Source of the DNA: a virus | Lineage: Duplodnaviria; Caudoviricetes | IMG/VR virus record: IMGVR_UViG_3300032038_000027 | Location: 51,744-115,743 of that record | Direction: 5' to 3' (one strand) | Length of the DNA stretch: 64,000 nucleotides | Shown: piece after piece, positions 40,635 to 50,120 of the stretch | How the letters are laid out: the number at the start of each line of letters is the position of its first letter | How positions within the stretch are numbered: the stretch's first letter is position 1 | Notes under the pieces: generated by a model | Told to the model about the DNA's origin: nothing | The model's database searches: none | What the model saw: the letters and a program-made list of their open reading frames with translations, nothing else | Program-made: the position numbers and the translations under genes

Positions 40635-41057
40635 CTATGAAATCGCTTTATATTCGTGAATTATTGCACGCTTGAAATTATCATCGCGATTTATGCACAT
40701 TCTCCATATTTCAGTAAGAGGAATTTCAATAACGATAAAGCTCACATTTGGCAGAAGAGCCATAATTTTTAATTGCACATTCAAATAACCAGTTTCTACA
40801 CCTGCACCGATCTCGTCTAATCCGTTATATTCTATCGAACTATCTTTTATAATCTCGGCATCTAATTTGATTATTTCAGCTTTTTCATATGAACCATGTT
40901 CACATATTTCTTTATCTTTCGATAAATAATATGCTAATACTGTTTCTGCTTCTTCATTGAAGTCAAATCTATGAGAAAGTTCTTTAACTGCTTGCACCTG
41001 TTCATATTCTCTCAGAGTGAATATATCTTTATAATTATTTGGCAATTTAACTGTCAT
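40635..41057 (-). CDS. Hypothetical protein
   Basis: 140-aa ORF. Confidence 0.5.
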   Translation of the reverse strand: MTVKLPNNYKDIFTLREYEQVQAVKELSHRFDFNEEAETVLAYYLSKDKEICEHGSYEKAEIIKLDAEIIKDSSIEYNGLDEIGAGVETGYLNVQLKIMALLPNVSFIVIEIPLTEIWRMCINRDDNFKRAIIHEYKAIS

Positions 41058-41068
41058 TGTTGTCCCTC

Positions 41069-41749
41069 TTAATCATCAATTTTAACGCATTTCTTTCGGT
41101 CGAATTGATATTTACCTTTTTCGCCACCAATTTCTTTGTCGCTAACAATTCTTTCCATACCGTTACTACGCAACTTAATATCACATGAATAATCTTCGTG
41201 TTGAGTGACCGAAATTACTTTATATGTATCTAATGACCAATCTAAGCAATACTCATATGCAAATAGAATATCTCCAACTTGGCATGGTGGTGCTTTTCGT
41301 AAAGATTTTAAACCATCAAGAGTAAATGCTTCATGAACGCTAACATAATATTTATTGGGTTTATAATCAGCGTATGTTACTTCACGAACTTGCTCATAAA
41401 TCTTAATGTCGCTATGATCGCCAATGGTTAGCCAATGATATTTAACACGATCACGAAATTGCTTATTATAGATTCGATATTCTTGTCCGGGCGCAATAGA
41501 TAATCTTTTTACAATATCTTCTTTTGAAAATTCTATAAAAGCACCGTAATCTCCAATTACAATACGATCATATTTTTTACATATGATAGTGCCTTCGATG
41601 GTATATAATTCTTTATTATCACCATTTACATCTAAATAAGCAGGTATATTCTCAGCCCAAAATGTTCTATATTTTTCAGATAGATCATCTGGTAATTTTT
41701 TGTATTTATACTTTTCTGCTAATTTTGCTTCAATTCGTAATGTATTCAT
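41069..41749 (-). CDS. Hypothetical protein
   Basis: 226-aa ORF containing RIVIGDYGAFIE. Confidence 0.55.
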   Translation of the reverse strand: MNTLRIEAKLAEKYKYKKLPDDLSEKYRTFWAENIPAYLDVNGDNKELYTIEGTIICKKYDRIVIGDYGAFIEFSKEDIVKRLSIAPGQEYRIYNKQFRDRVKYHWLTIGDHSDIKIYEQVREVTYADYKPNKYYVSVHEAFTLDGLKSLRKAPPCQVGDILFAYEYCLDWSLDTYKVISVTQHEDYSCDIKLRSNGMERIVSDKEIGGEKGKYQFDRKKCVKIDD

Positions 41750-42066
41750 TATATTTCAACCTCTTGCTCCCACCTTATACAAGCAGCATTGTTAATCAGT
41801 TCATTAGTAAAATAAGGTTTTAAGAATTGAATTTGAGGCTCAGTTAGGAACTTATTCCATTCAATATAAAATTTGCGATAAGGTGCAAGAGAACAAGTAA
41901 TATGTACCCACGAATGACTTAAAAGAATATCATCGACAGATTTATAACCTTCATATCCGAACTTTTTACAAATCTCTTTTGCCATTTCTATATGATCGTA
42001 AAGATCACATTCATACATATCACCATCAGGCGCAAGCCAACCTACTTGTAGTCCATTATATTTCAT
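41749..42066 (-). CDS. Hypothetical protein
   Basis: GWLAPDG...H motif. Confidence 0.55.
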   Translation of the reverse strand: MKYNGLQVGWLAPDGDMYECDLYDHIEMAKEICKKFGYEGYKSVDDILLSHSWVHITCSLAPYRKFYIEWNKFLTEPQIQFLKPYFTNELINNAACIRWEQEVEI

Positions 42067-42081
42067 AATCCACCTTAACTT

Positions 42082-42471
42082 TTACATCAGATAATCATAA
42101 TTTGCCCTTGCTACCCACTCAGCATTTTGAAAAATTATGACTGCCTTGCCATTATCATCTCTTATAAAAATGCAAGGAGTTTTTACATCGGGATTTTGTG
42201 GAGAAACATATAATACTTTATCTCCAAATCTAAATTCATAGCTTTTATTAGCAGATTCTTGCTTTTTATCATCAAGTATAATGTATTGTTTCTCGCCATC
42301 TACCATTTTCCAAAATGTATAAGCAGTTCGCGGAACTGCAATATCAAAGTATTCAAATTCTTCTTTCGTGTTTGATTGAATGATCTGACAATCTGGTGGA
42401 GTTGTGAAAATCGGGTGAAAATCAACACCGTCTGCTTCTAATTCATTCATTGTTTTTAAAAATGGATTCAT
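42082..42471 (-). CDS. Hypothetical protein
   Basis: 129 aa; C-terminus resembles 47010-47201. Confidence 0.5.
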   Translation of the reverse strand: MNPFLKTMNELEADGVDFHPIFTTPPDCQIIQSNTKEEFEYFDIAVPRTAYTFWKMVDGEKQYIILDDKKQESANKSYEFRFGDKVLYVSPQNPDVKTPCIFIRDDNGKAVIIFQNAEWVARANYDYLM

Positions 42472-42541
42472 TTTTTGTTCCTTATCTAATTATATTTTAG
42501 AAATGATCTCATTAAAAACTGCATCTCGTTCAGATTCAGTT

Positions 42542-43396
42542 TTAGCGCACCAAATGTAACCTATCTTTGGCAACTTGAAACCACTTTTCCTCAATTTCAA
42601 TACCGATAAAATGACGATCTAAAGCGATTGCAGCCGCGCCGGATGTTCCGCTACCCATAAAAATGTCTAAAACAATATCGCCCGGTTCACTCCATGTCTT
42701 GATCTGGTCGCTTGCAAGCTGCTCCGGGAATGGAGCAGGATGACCTTTGGTCGCTTTATCCTTATTTGTTAAATAAGTAAAGATGTTACCGTGTTGCTTA
42801 TATTGATTAACTACATGAGAACCACAATTAACTAATCCGCTGTCATTACTCTTATGGTATGTTGCTCCACCCCAAGTTTTTGTTCCGGCATATTTGCATG
42901 GTATCATAATTGGGTGGAAAGATTTTGGACGACCTTTAGAGAACACAAACATATACTCAAATTCCTGCTCATACCTACGGTGAGTAAGCGGTACATAATT
43001 TTGTTTTCTGTATATCATTGTGTCATATATGTTAAAGCCACAATCTTTAAACATTAATGCCTGTCGAAAACTTGTGCCTGTTTCTGAACCGTTGAACGTA
43101 GCGTCGGCAACTATCCATATAACGACACCGCCATTTTTTACTACGCGATATAGTTCTTTTACAATCTTTACAAAGTGTTCCCAACTCAACCGATCATTAT
43201 TAGTTCCATATTTTCTGAGATTGTCATATGGTGGAGAAGTAATCACCATGTCAACACTATTTGCCTCCATTGAAGATAAAGTTGTTAAGCAATCGTCACA
43301 GTACAGACTACAACACTCGCTAATATACTCATTAATGATTATATTACCCCCATTCTCTAATATCGTTTTAAAATATCGAATTATAAAATATACCAA
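42542..43396 (-). CDS. N4-cytosine/N6-adenine DNA methyltransferase (beta class)
   Basis: TSPPY, HPAPFP, DIFMGSGTS; true start probably near 43340 after a GGGGGT SD. Confidence 0.92.
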   Translation of the reverse strand: MVYFIIRYFKTILENGGNIIINEYISECCSLYCDDCLTTLSSMEANSVDMVITSPPYDNLRKYGTNNDRLSWEHFVKIVKELYRVVKNGGVVIWIVADATFNGSETGTSFRQALMFKDCGFNIYDTMIYRKQNYVPLTHRRYEQEFEYMFVFSKGRPKSFHPIMIPCKYAGTKTWGGATYHKSNDSGLVNCGSHVVNQYKQHGNIFTYLTNKDKATKGHPAPFPEQLASDQIKTWSEPGDIVLDIFMGSGTSGAAAIALDRHFIGIEIEEKWFQVAKDRLHLVR

Positions 43397-43568
43397 GAAA
43401 CATAGAAACGATAAACCCTATAATACTAATTCCACCACAAAATTTAGCTGTCCCAAAAATGTCTGATTTTTCTTTAAATAAAGAAATTCCACATATTAAG
43501 AAAATGAAAGCGAGCATAAAAATGCCAACTTGACTTCCAAGAAATGATTTAATGCTAACTATATTCAT
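43368..43568 (-). CDS. Small membrane protein
   Basis: Two hydrophobic segments. Confidence 0.5.
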   Translation of the reverse strand: MNIVSIKSFLGSQVGIFMLAFIFLICGISLFKEKSDIFGTAKFCGGISIIGFIVSMFLGIFYNSIF

Positions 43569-43578
43569 ACATTAACAC

Positions 43579-44118
43579 TTATTGTTCTATTCCTTTCACG
43601 CGACAGTAAACATCTGCTACGATCTCTTTGTAGCCGCCTATATAGCCCTCAATGTTTTTATATTCAACATTATAATTATCAAGTAATTGTTTGATTTCAT
43701 CACCTATCTTATCTGATTCTTCTTCTGTCTGAAATCGCCCGTTAGGATTGTATTCTTTCACTCTTGTAAGATAATAATTCATATTATCATAAGAGTTAAA
43801 TACGTCTAATACATAATTATTAAAACTTTCTTTAAGATTAGATGTTTGATTATATTGAATAGAAAGTAATAGCGGAGAATCAGTAACGATTACATTTACT
43901 TTATTGGTGCATCTTGATATTTTGAATGACTGTTTTCCAAAGATATATGCTTGGTTTTCAAATACAGCTTTATTGCCTTCCCACAATTTATCTTTTGCAA
44001 ATTCCGTTACAAGCTCCGCATCTATTCCTTGCATTTTAAGTAGCGCAAAAACATATGCTGCACCCGTACTTTTACCTGCGCCGGGTGCGCCAAATAAATT
44101 AACAATAATTGTTTTCAA
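43579..44118 (-). CDS. AAA_28/NadR-like P-loop kinase
   Basis: GAPGAGKS, TEFAK, TDSPLL, GRFQ. Confidence 0.75.
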   Translation of the reverse strand: MKTIIVNLFGAPGAGKSTGAAYVFALLKMQGIDAELVTEFAKDKLWEGNKAVFENQAYIFGKQSFKISRCTNKVNVIVTDSPLLLSIQYNQTSNLKESFNNYVLDVFNSYDNMNYYLTRVKEYNPNGRFQTEEESDKIGDEIKQLLDNYNVEYKNIEGYIGGYKEIVADVYCRVKGIEQ

Positions 44119-44128
44119 ACAATCACTC

Positions 44129-45070
44129 CTATTGGATTTTTACATTTATGTAATCAAGCACATTTTTCATTCCTAAACCACCGTCATTCCAATCTCTCAT
44201 ACAATACTCCCATAACTTCGGATGCGTTTCATGTAATCTTTGAAATCTATTAGGTTCTTTTTCAAGATGACATCCAAAGCCGCAGAAAACACAGCCCGTT
44301 CTATCACAGCCGGTCGTATATAGTTTGCCGTTTTCATCTTCCTTGATTTCGCTGTAAACAGAAGCATAGGGAATGTTGTAATTGCGGAGATATTGCAATA
44401 CGTCTTGCTCAGTCCAAAAGCTCATAGGGCGGGAAGTTGGACGTTTACTATTAAAAGCATTACAACCATACATTAACCAGTTAGACTTTCTCTGCACTGA
44501 TTCTTCTGTCATAGTTGCGATAATTGGAACTTTACCAGTTTCTTTTTCATACTGTTTGGCAGGATTCTTTTTCATCACATCACAGCATTTATCAGAAATA
44601 AGAAATGGAGCATCAACTAAATATTTATGACATTCCGAAATTTTACCACGACCATATTTATTGCCATTCCAACGAATATCTTTTAGCTTTTCAGATTTTG
44701 TAGTTCGATATTCTTGAATAAAAGCCGCTTGTTCTTTTCCTATAATGGGATAGCCATATGTTTCGATAACTTTTCTGAAATTCATCTTTGGTTTAAGTCG
44801 AATAACATTTTCTTGACTTAACGCAAATTCCCTTACTTCTGGATATTCCAATCCCGTATCGACAAATACCGCAGGAATATTTGGTCTTAATTGTCTGGCA
44901 ATATGTAATAATACTGTGCTGTCCTTACCTCCGCTAAACGAAACATAAGCATCATATTCTCTTAACCATTCTCTAATTCTGTTTGTTGTTAGACCAATCT
45001 TGACATTTAAAGGCATTGATTGAAAATACTTTAAATGCTCTGCGGTAAAACTTGAATTAGATTTTTTATT
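44129..45070 (-). CDS. PAPS-reductase-family (PP-loop) protein; native start lies on the flipped segment (predicted OFF)
   Basis: SFSGGKDS, VDTGLEY, CC, RTGCVFC. The frame is open to 45076 but closed by TAA at 45077-45079, and there is no SD-preceded start. Confidence 0.85.
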   Translation of the reverse strand, partial: NKKSNSSFTAEHLKYFQSMPLNVKIGLTTNRIREWLREYDAYVSFSGGKDSTVLLHIARQLRPNIPAVFVDTGLEYPEVREFALSQENVIRLKPKMNFRKVIETYGYPIIGKEQAAFIQEYRTTKSEKLKDIRWNGNKYGRGKISECHKYLVDAPFLISDKCCDVMKKNPAKQYEKETGKVPIIATMTEESVQRKSNWLMYGCNAFNSKRPTSRPMSFWTEQDVLQYLRNYNIPYASVYSEIKEDENGKLYTTGCDRTGCVFCGFGCHLEKEPNRFQRLHETHPKLWEYCMRDWNDGGLGMKNVLDYINVKIQ

Positions 45071-45203
45071 TAGATTTTAGTCAAATAAAATACCAATGTT
45101 TCGGTAAATTATTTAGCTGTTATCAATTAGATCATAAAGTGAAAGTTTAATAAGCAGCGAAAGTTAGGTGTTTAATAAATGGAAGAGCCAAATAAAAAAT
45201 CTA
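45058..45203. promoter_or_regulatory. Putative invertible start-codon switch A
   Basis: 14-bp perfect IR at 45058-45071/45190-45203; AGGTG-8nt-ATG GAA GAG CCA on the + strand becomes in frame with the gene after inversion. Confidence 0.8.
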
Positions 45204-45235
45204 TTTGATTGTTAAATTATCGTTCATAAATTTAT

Positions 45236-45445
45236 TTATTTCTTAATTTTTAGTTTTATCGTTTCTGGCACAACTTCGGCAAACCCAATTCCAATATCAT
45301 ATTCATCATCAGATTGACCTTCATAATCATCCACGATAATTTCTCCTATGAATTTTCTACCATCATAATTGTTAATTAAATCGCCTGAGATAGTCTTACC
45401 ATTGTCTTTTCGCTTTCCCGAAAAAATATATTTGGAATTATTCAT
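45236..45445 (-). CDS. YopX-like short protein
   Basis: FSGKRKDNGKTISGDL...EVVPET. Confidence 0.6.
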   Translation of the reverse strand: MNNSKYIFSGKRKDNGKTISGDLINNYDGRKFIGEIIVDDYEGQSDDEYDIGIGFAEVVPETIKLKIKK

Positions 45446-45447
45446 TT

Positions 45448-46125
45448 TTACCTCTTGGCATCTCCAATATCATTCACATAAAAATAAGATTGTGGCGATC
45501 TTGTTAATTTCATTTTAGGACAATCTTCACCGCTAAAATCATATCCACATACCATCATATTCTCACAATAATCAAACATATATGCGTCACATGATTTGCA
45601 AGGTCGCTTATCTTCGTCATAATTCCAATACTTAGAAAATTCTCCAAGCTCTTTTGGTTTATCATAAATAATAAGATTTGTAATGTGCCAAAGGTAAACG
45701 TCATTACGGTTGTTATATCTCATGATTTCACCAAGCGACATACAAATTCTAAGTAATGGTGTTGTAAAATCTACAAATAATCCAGAAGCATTTGGGTCTA
45801 ACCAATCTGTTCGATCACATATAAACTCGCCGATAACTTTCCCATTAAGAAAATTATCTTTGTTCCATTGGTTAGGAAACCGAGCTAACTCAATAGATGA
45901 ACCATATTTGATTTCGCCGTTTGGTAATCTGTATAATTCATCTGTATAAAGCGAAACATCTGAATTGTAATTTTTAGGTTTAGAGCAATATATATAGCAC
46001 TTGAATGGTGGCTTTATTTTTGGAATTGTTTTCTTAACTTCCTCGGTTTTCTCTCCATCAATAATTTTTGCACACAATTTTGGGTTTATATTGATTAGTA
46101 TAGCTTTACCAGAATTTTCGCTCAT
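45448..46125 (-). CDS. ASCH-domain protein
   Basis: ILININP...IIDGEKTEEV, CYIY, GKVIGEF, PQSYFYV. Confidence 0.75.
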   Translation of the reverse strand: MSENSGKAILININPKLCAKIIDGEKTEEVKKTIPKIKPPFKCYIYCSKPKNYNSDVSLYTDELYRLPNGEIKYGSSIELARFPNQWNKDNFLNGKVIGEFICDRTDWLDPNASGLFVDFTTPLLRICMSLGEIMRYNNRNDVYLWHITNLIIYDKPKELGEFSKYWNYDEDKRPCKSCDAYMFDYCENMMVCGYDFSGEDCPKMKLTRSPQSYFYVNDIGDAKR

Positions 46126-46150
46126 TTTAGAATCTCACTTTCCTTGTTAT

Positions 46151-46657
46151 TTATAGTTCAACTTTAAATAAAAGATTTTTTGCAGAATTTAAGATATCTT
46201 CATCTGTAGAAATTCTATGCCAAAAATCAGAAATACTTTCGCAAAAATGTATTTCATCCATTATTCCGACAAATGTTGATACATACCATTCGTCATTAGA
46301 ACTCGGAAACAACTGAAATATCGTATCTTTGCCATTAATAAGCGTAGGAAAATGCTTAAACATAGAAGTCAGAACACGATAAATATAATCCGGCACAGAA
46401 AGAACATCTGCATCATCACCGATATCTTCTATGATGATGTAATTATTATCAGTGCCTTGAAAATAATGTTCTACTACATAGTTCCATTTTGATTCCGGCA
46501 CACTAAAAGTATTACTACCAGAATGTTCTTTTAATTTGCTATACGTCACTTTAAATTCTCGGATTAGTCGCAAATTACATTCAAATTTAATATCATTGAT
46601 TTTGAATTTCATTGAATCTAATTCTTTACTGCTGCTGAGATTCATCATTACCTCCAT
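46151..46657 (-). CDS. Hypothetical protein
   Basis: 168-aa ORF. Confidence 0.5.
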   Translation of the reverse strand: MEVMMNLSSSKELDSMKFKINDIKFECNLRLIREFKVTYSKLKEHSGSNTFSVPESKWNYVVEHYFQGTDNNYIIIEDIGDDADVLSVPDYIYRVLTSMFKHFPTLINGKDTIFQLFPSSNDEWYVSTFVGIMDEIHFCESISDFWHRISTDEDILNSAKNLLFKVEL

Positions 46658-46994
46658 CGGGTTCGTTCAGCAGCTTGCCGTGCAGATCATAAATATCAAG
46701 ATGATCTCTTGATAATAAATCCTCGAATCCTTCATATTTTTCGCTCTTATATGTCGGAACTGGCGTTACATCCGTCCACGATTTGTTCTTTTTAACAATA
46801 ACAATATAATTCATATACACATATACATAATAATCATTATTGTTTAAGACGACCTCTGTTAAGATAAAGTTCTCAGTATCGGGCGCAAGATCAGCACGAA
46901 TCAAACTTTCATTAGCGAATCTTTCATCAACCAAAAGTTCGCACACCTTGTTATAAATACTATTAATGTCATAATCTACTTGAATATTTACCAT
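46626..46994 (-). CDS. Hypothetical protein
   Basis: 122-aa ORF. Confidence 0.5.
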   Translation of the reverse strand: MVNIQVDYDINSIYNKVCELLVDERFANESLIRADLAPDTENFILTEVVLNNNDYYVYVYMNYIVIVKKNKSWTDVTPVPTYKSEKYEGFEDLLSRDHLDIYDLHGKLLNEPDGGNDESQQQ

Positions 46995-47009
46995 TTCAAT
47001 AAATCCACC

Positions 47010-47201
47010 TCAATTCTTTAATGCGGTTAAATAGCTATCATTGGCGAAAAATTCCATATCAGAATTTTCAAATTGAATTACTGCATGATGTTTTGAATAT
47101 CTAATAAAGACACATTTAGATACCAATCCATTTCGATAGGGAGATGAATATAGGCATTGATCTCCGCTTTTAAATTTATTAGGATAATGGATTCTCGACA
47201 T
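47010..47201 (-). CDS. Hypothetical protein
   Basis: 63 aa; similar to the C-terminus of 42082-42471. Confidence 0.55.
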   Translation of the reverse strand: MSRIHYPNKFKSGDQCLYSSPYRNGLVSKCVFIRYSKHHAVIQFENSDMEFFANDSYLTALKN

Positions 47202-47344
47202 TAACCTTTCCTCTTTTTATTCACGATGATAGCAATAATTCCAACAATAAGTTGCAAGATATTCACGACGAGAATTGCGAATGAAAAGTTGCCCAAATAT
47301 GCTTCATTCGCAACATTTCGCAAAAATTGCAAAAATTCCTCCAT
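47201..47344 (-). CDS. Small single-TM protein (47 aa, absent from the ORF track)
   Basis: MEEFLQFLRNVANEAYLGNFSFAILVVNILQLIVGIIAIIVNKKRKG; fills the gap exactly, with a GGGTGA SD. Confidence 0.65.
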   Translation of the reverse strand: MEEFLQFLRNVANEAYLGNFSFAILVVNILQLIVGIIAIIVNKKRKG

Positions 47345-47545
47345 TTAATCACCCTGCTTTACCTGTCGTATTCTGACTATTTCAATTTCTTTAGGTTTAT
47401 ATCTCTTTTTTAATTTCCTTAAAACCTTGCGTCTTGCTCCGGCTTCAGTAAATGCGCGGACGTAAACAGTCCTTTTCTGCGGACGATAAACACCGATATA
47501 ATACAGCATGGTTACAACGGCTCTTACTTTCCATTTCTTAATCAT
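47345..47545 (-). CDS. Basic hypothetical protein
   Basis: 66-aa ORF. Confidence 0.5.
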   Translation of the reverse strand: MIKKWKVRAVVTMLYYIGVYRPQKRTVYVRAFTEAGARRKVLRKLKKRYKPKEIEIVRIRQVKQGD

Positions 47546-47548
47546 AGA

Positions 47549-47827
47549 TCATTCCCATGCAAATAATTGTCCGCATCTTGGACAACGATTATCCCTTGTT
47601 AAACAATTAGCAGCTCGCCCATCTCTAATTCTTCTGCCACAAGCAGGGCAATATCTTTTTAAAGCACTTCCATTCGGAGCAGTAGGAGTATTTTTCGCAA
47701 TCACTTCATCAATGGCTTGAACCAAATTATATGGTAAAGGACATAAAGATTCTTTGGATTTTGATTCTAAGATAACTTTCACATCTTTTAAGCAATCAAG
47801 AAGTTCATAGTCATTCATATATATCAC
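47549..47827 (-). CDS. Zn-ribbon protein
   Basis: CPACG...CPRCGQ. Confidence 0.6.
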   Translation of the reverse strand: MIYMNDYELLDCLKDVKVILESKSKESLCPLPYNLVQAIDEVIAKNTPTAPNGSALKRYCPACGRRIRDGRAANCLTRDNRCPRCGQLFAWE

Positions 47828-48237
47828 TCCTTTTTAAAGGATTTAATTGATACGAATAATCGTTTAATACGTTTTTTAGTCTTTTTAATAAACTGGCGAT
47901 AATTCCTATTCCTATATTCTTTGCGACTATATGTGATGAATCCTTTCTGAGATAACTCAAAATATCTATCAAATGTAGATTTCTTCATCCAACGAAATCT
48001 TTTGGAATTATCTTCAGAAACACATCCAAACTCCCACGCAACATAACGCATAATCCACGCAAAGAATCTTTCAAAAATATTAAGATAAACCCTCATATCA
48101 ACAATATATGTACCTTTAGGAATAAGTTCATCGCACTCAGGTATAAATACCTGTCTTGTGCAAATATATGTGTCATAACAAAACGGACTTTTAATCACAT
48201 AATAAGTTTCGCCACTTGTACTATTTGGATTTATCAT
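47824..48237 (-). CDS. Hypothetical protein
   Basis: 137-aa ORF. Confidence 0.5.
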   Translation of the reverse strand: MINPNSTSGETYYVIKSPFCYDTYICTRQVFIPECDELIPKGTYIVDMRVYLNIFERFFAWIMRYVAWEFGCVSEDNSKRFRWMKKSTFDRYFELSQKGFITYSRKEYRNRNYRQFIKKTKKRIKRLFVSIKSFKKE

Positions 48238-48248
48238 TTTGATCTCCT

Positions 48249-49058
48249 TTAATCGGATTTCTTTAATACTGTATTTGCTGCTTTAGATTTCTTTAATATT
48301 GTATTTGCTGCTTCAGATATTCTTCTTAATGCTATATCATCATATTCAAGATTGTTCTCGATGCCGATGAAATAACGATTTGTATTCACGCACGCTACGC
48401 CAGTTGAACCGCTGCCCATACAATTATCAAGAACTACGTCGCCCGGATTCGTATATGTTTTAATCAAATACTCTAATAAGGCAACTGGCTTTTGAGTTGG
48501 ATGAAATCTACCTCCATCTCTCGGATAACTTAATATACTTAGCGGATTTCGCGCACCGTCCAAAGATTCAGTATAAGCTACTCCCCTATTGCCGTAATTA
48601 TCAGACAATCTACCGTTTTTAGTCTTTTTATACGGCGAGGAATACCATAACTGCTTATTATATATAGGTTTCTTTTTGTAAAAAATCGCAATTTCTTCAT
48701 GGGATTTAAGTGGCTTTACATTGGCGTTTAGAAAATCTGAGCCGCGCTGCTTATCCCAAATCAGATTGTATCGCCATAGCTTAGTATTAGATAACATGAG
48801 ATTTGCCATGAATAAACCATCACAAAATAAAGCGATACAACCGTGTTCTTTAATAATTCTTGTGTAATGCTCCCATAATTTATCGAGCGGAATAACTATG
48901 TCCCATTTATTATGGGTTGTACCATAAGGCAGATCACATAAAATCATGTCTATGGATTCATCTGGTATTGTTTGCATTACATTTAAACAGTCACCAAAAT
49001 GTAATTCATAGTTATACGGGGGGGGTGTTGAAGCTGAATTGTTAAATATTTTTCTCAC
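48249..49058 (-). CDS. N6-adenine/N4-cytosine DNA methyltransferase (beta class), in-frame C8 tract
   Basis: CDLPY, HPTQKP, DNCMGSGSTG; poly-C at 49018-49025. Confidence 0.92.
   Translation of the reverse strand: MRKIFNNSASTPPPYNYELHFGDCLNVMQTIPDESIDMILCDLPYGTTHNKWDIVIPLDKLWEHYTRIIKEHGCIALFCDGLFMANLMLSNTKLWRYNLIWDKQRGSDFLNANVKPLKSHEEIAIFYKKKPIYNKQLWYSSPYKKTKNGRLSDNYGNRGVAYTESLDGARNPLSILSYPRDGGRFHPTQKPVALLEYLIKTYTNPGDVVLDNCMGSGSTGVACVNTNRYFIGIENNLEYDDIALRRISEAANTILKKSKAANTVLKKSD
48256..48313. repeat. 30-bp-period tandem duplication at the MTase 3' end
   Basis: GATTTCTTTAATA(C/T)TGTATTTGCTGCTT twice; encodes AANT(I/V)LKKS twice. Confidence 0.85.
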
Positions 49059-49750
49059 CTTGCTCTTGATTTGTTGCTAAAATACGCTCTTTGGCGATTT
49101 CAAAAGAGTGATCGTCTAATTCAATACCGAAGAATTTTCTGCCAGTTTCCAATGCGGCGATTCCCGTAGTTCCCGAACCCATACAAGGGTCAAAGATCAA
49201 ATCACCAACATTACTATTGTCTAATAGTAATTCTTTACATAAATCGAGATTCTTTTGAGTAGGATGAACCTTATTCCTGCCACACGGATATTCAAAAACT
49301 GTATTCTTACAATTAGCATTAAAAACTGCACCACGTTTTTTAAACCATATAGCGTTTTCAATGCCGGATAAGTAAATGTATTTGCCGTTCATTGGAGAAG
49401 GATTAGTTTTCTTCCAAATTAATTGGCGCACCGTACCTTTATGTTTATCTTGTAAATCTTGAAAGAAATTTTTAATTTCGCTTAATTGATGCTGACCACA
49501 AAATATAATAATTGTGCCAGAAGTAACACGATTGATTTCTTTAAGAAAATCTATTAGACAAAAAGTAGTAATATCTGCATATTCTTTGTTGAGATTTCTC
49601 AAACCGTTATCAGCACGATTGATCTCACCATACGGAATATCTGTTAATGTAACATTTACTGAATCAGATTCCATTTGTTGCAAAACTGTCATGCAATCTG
49701 CATTTAATAATTTTGCGGGGGGGGGTTCTACTGGCTATTGAATTAATCAT
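49042..49750 (-). CDS. Beta-class DNA methyltransferase, frameshifted at a C9 tract (phase-variable, predicted OFF)
   Basis: TDIPY, HPTQK, DPCMGSGTTG. The SD-preceded ATG at 49750 joins the main frame only with C8 or C11 at 49717-49725. Confidence 0.85.
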
Positions 49751-49781
49751 AATCATTCCTATCTTTCAATACAGTAATTAG

Positions 49782-50120
49782 TTATATAAGTTCAATGCCA
49801 CATTTGGGGCAAAATTTCGCTGCCACTAAATCGAATTGTCCCTCAACCTTTGGAGCGGTTGATGTGAATAATAAGCAATTACACTTCGGGCAGAACATCT
49901 TGATAGTTTCGCCATATTTGGAAATTCGCTTTACTGCAATATTATCATTCAATACAGCGGTGTTGATCTTCCTGCGAATATTAAGCATATTGGTGTGGGT
50001 TGTATTGGTTATACGGGTATTGCATTTGATACAATACACACCTGCACGTTTGCCTTCCATTTTTGCATAAACATCTTGACTACCGCAGGATGGACAAGTA
50101 TAAACTATCTCTTTAGCCAT
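49782..50120 (-). CDS. Double Zn-ribbon protein
   Basis: Four CxxC motifs. Confidence 0.6.
   Translation of the reverse strand: MAKEIVYTCPSCGSQDVYAKMEGKRAGVYCIKCNTRITNTTHTNMLNIRRKINTAVLNDNIAVKRISKYGETIKMFCPKCNCLLFTSTAPKVEGQFDLVAAKFCPKCGIELI

Noticed and set aside
45058-45203. Start-less genes explained by small introns or simple terminator hairpins
   Set aside because: There are no intron core motifs, the repeats are AT-rich and ~120 nt apart, and the missing SD and start are on the opposite strand in the correct frame. Inversion explains this best.
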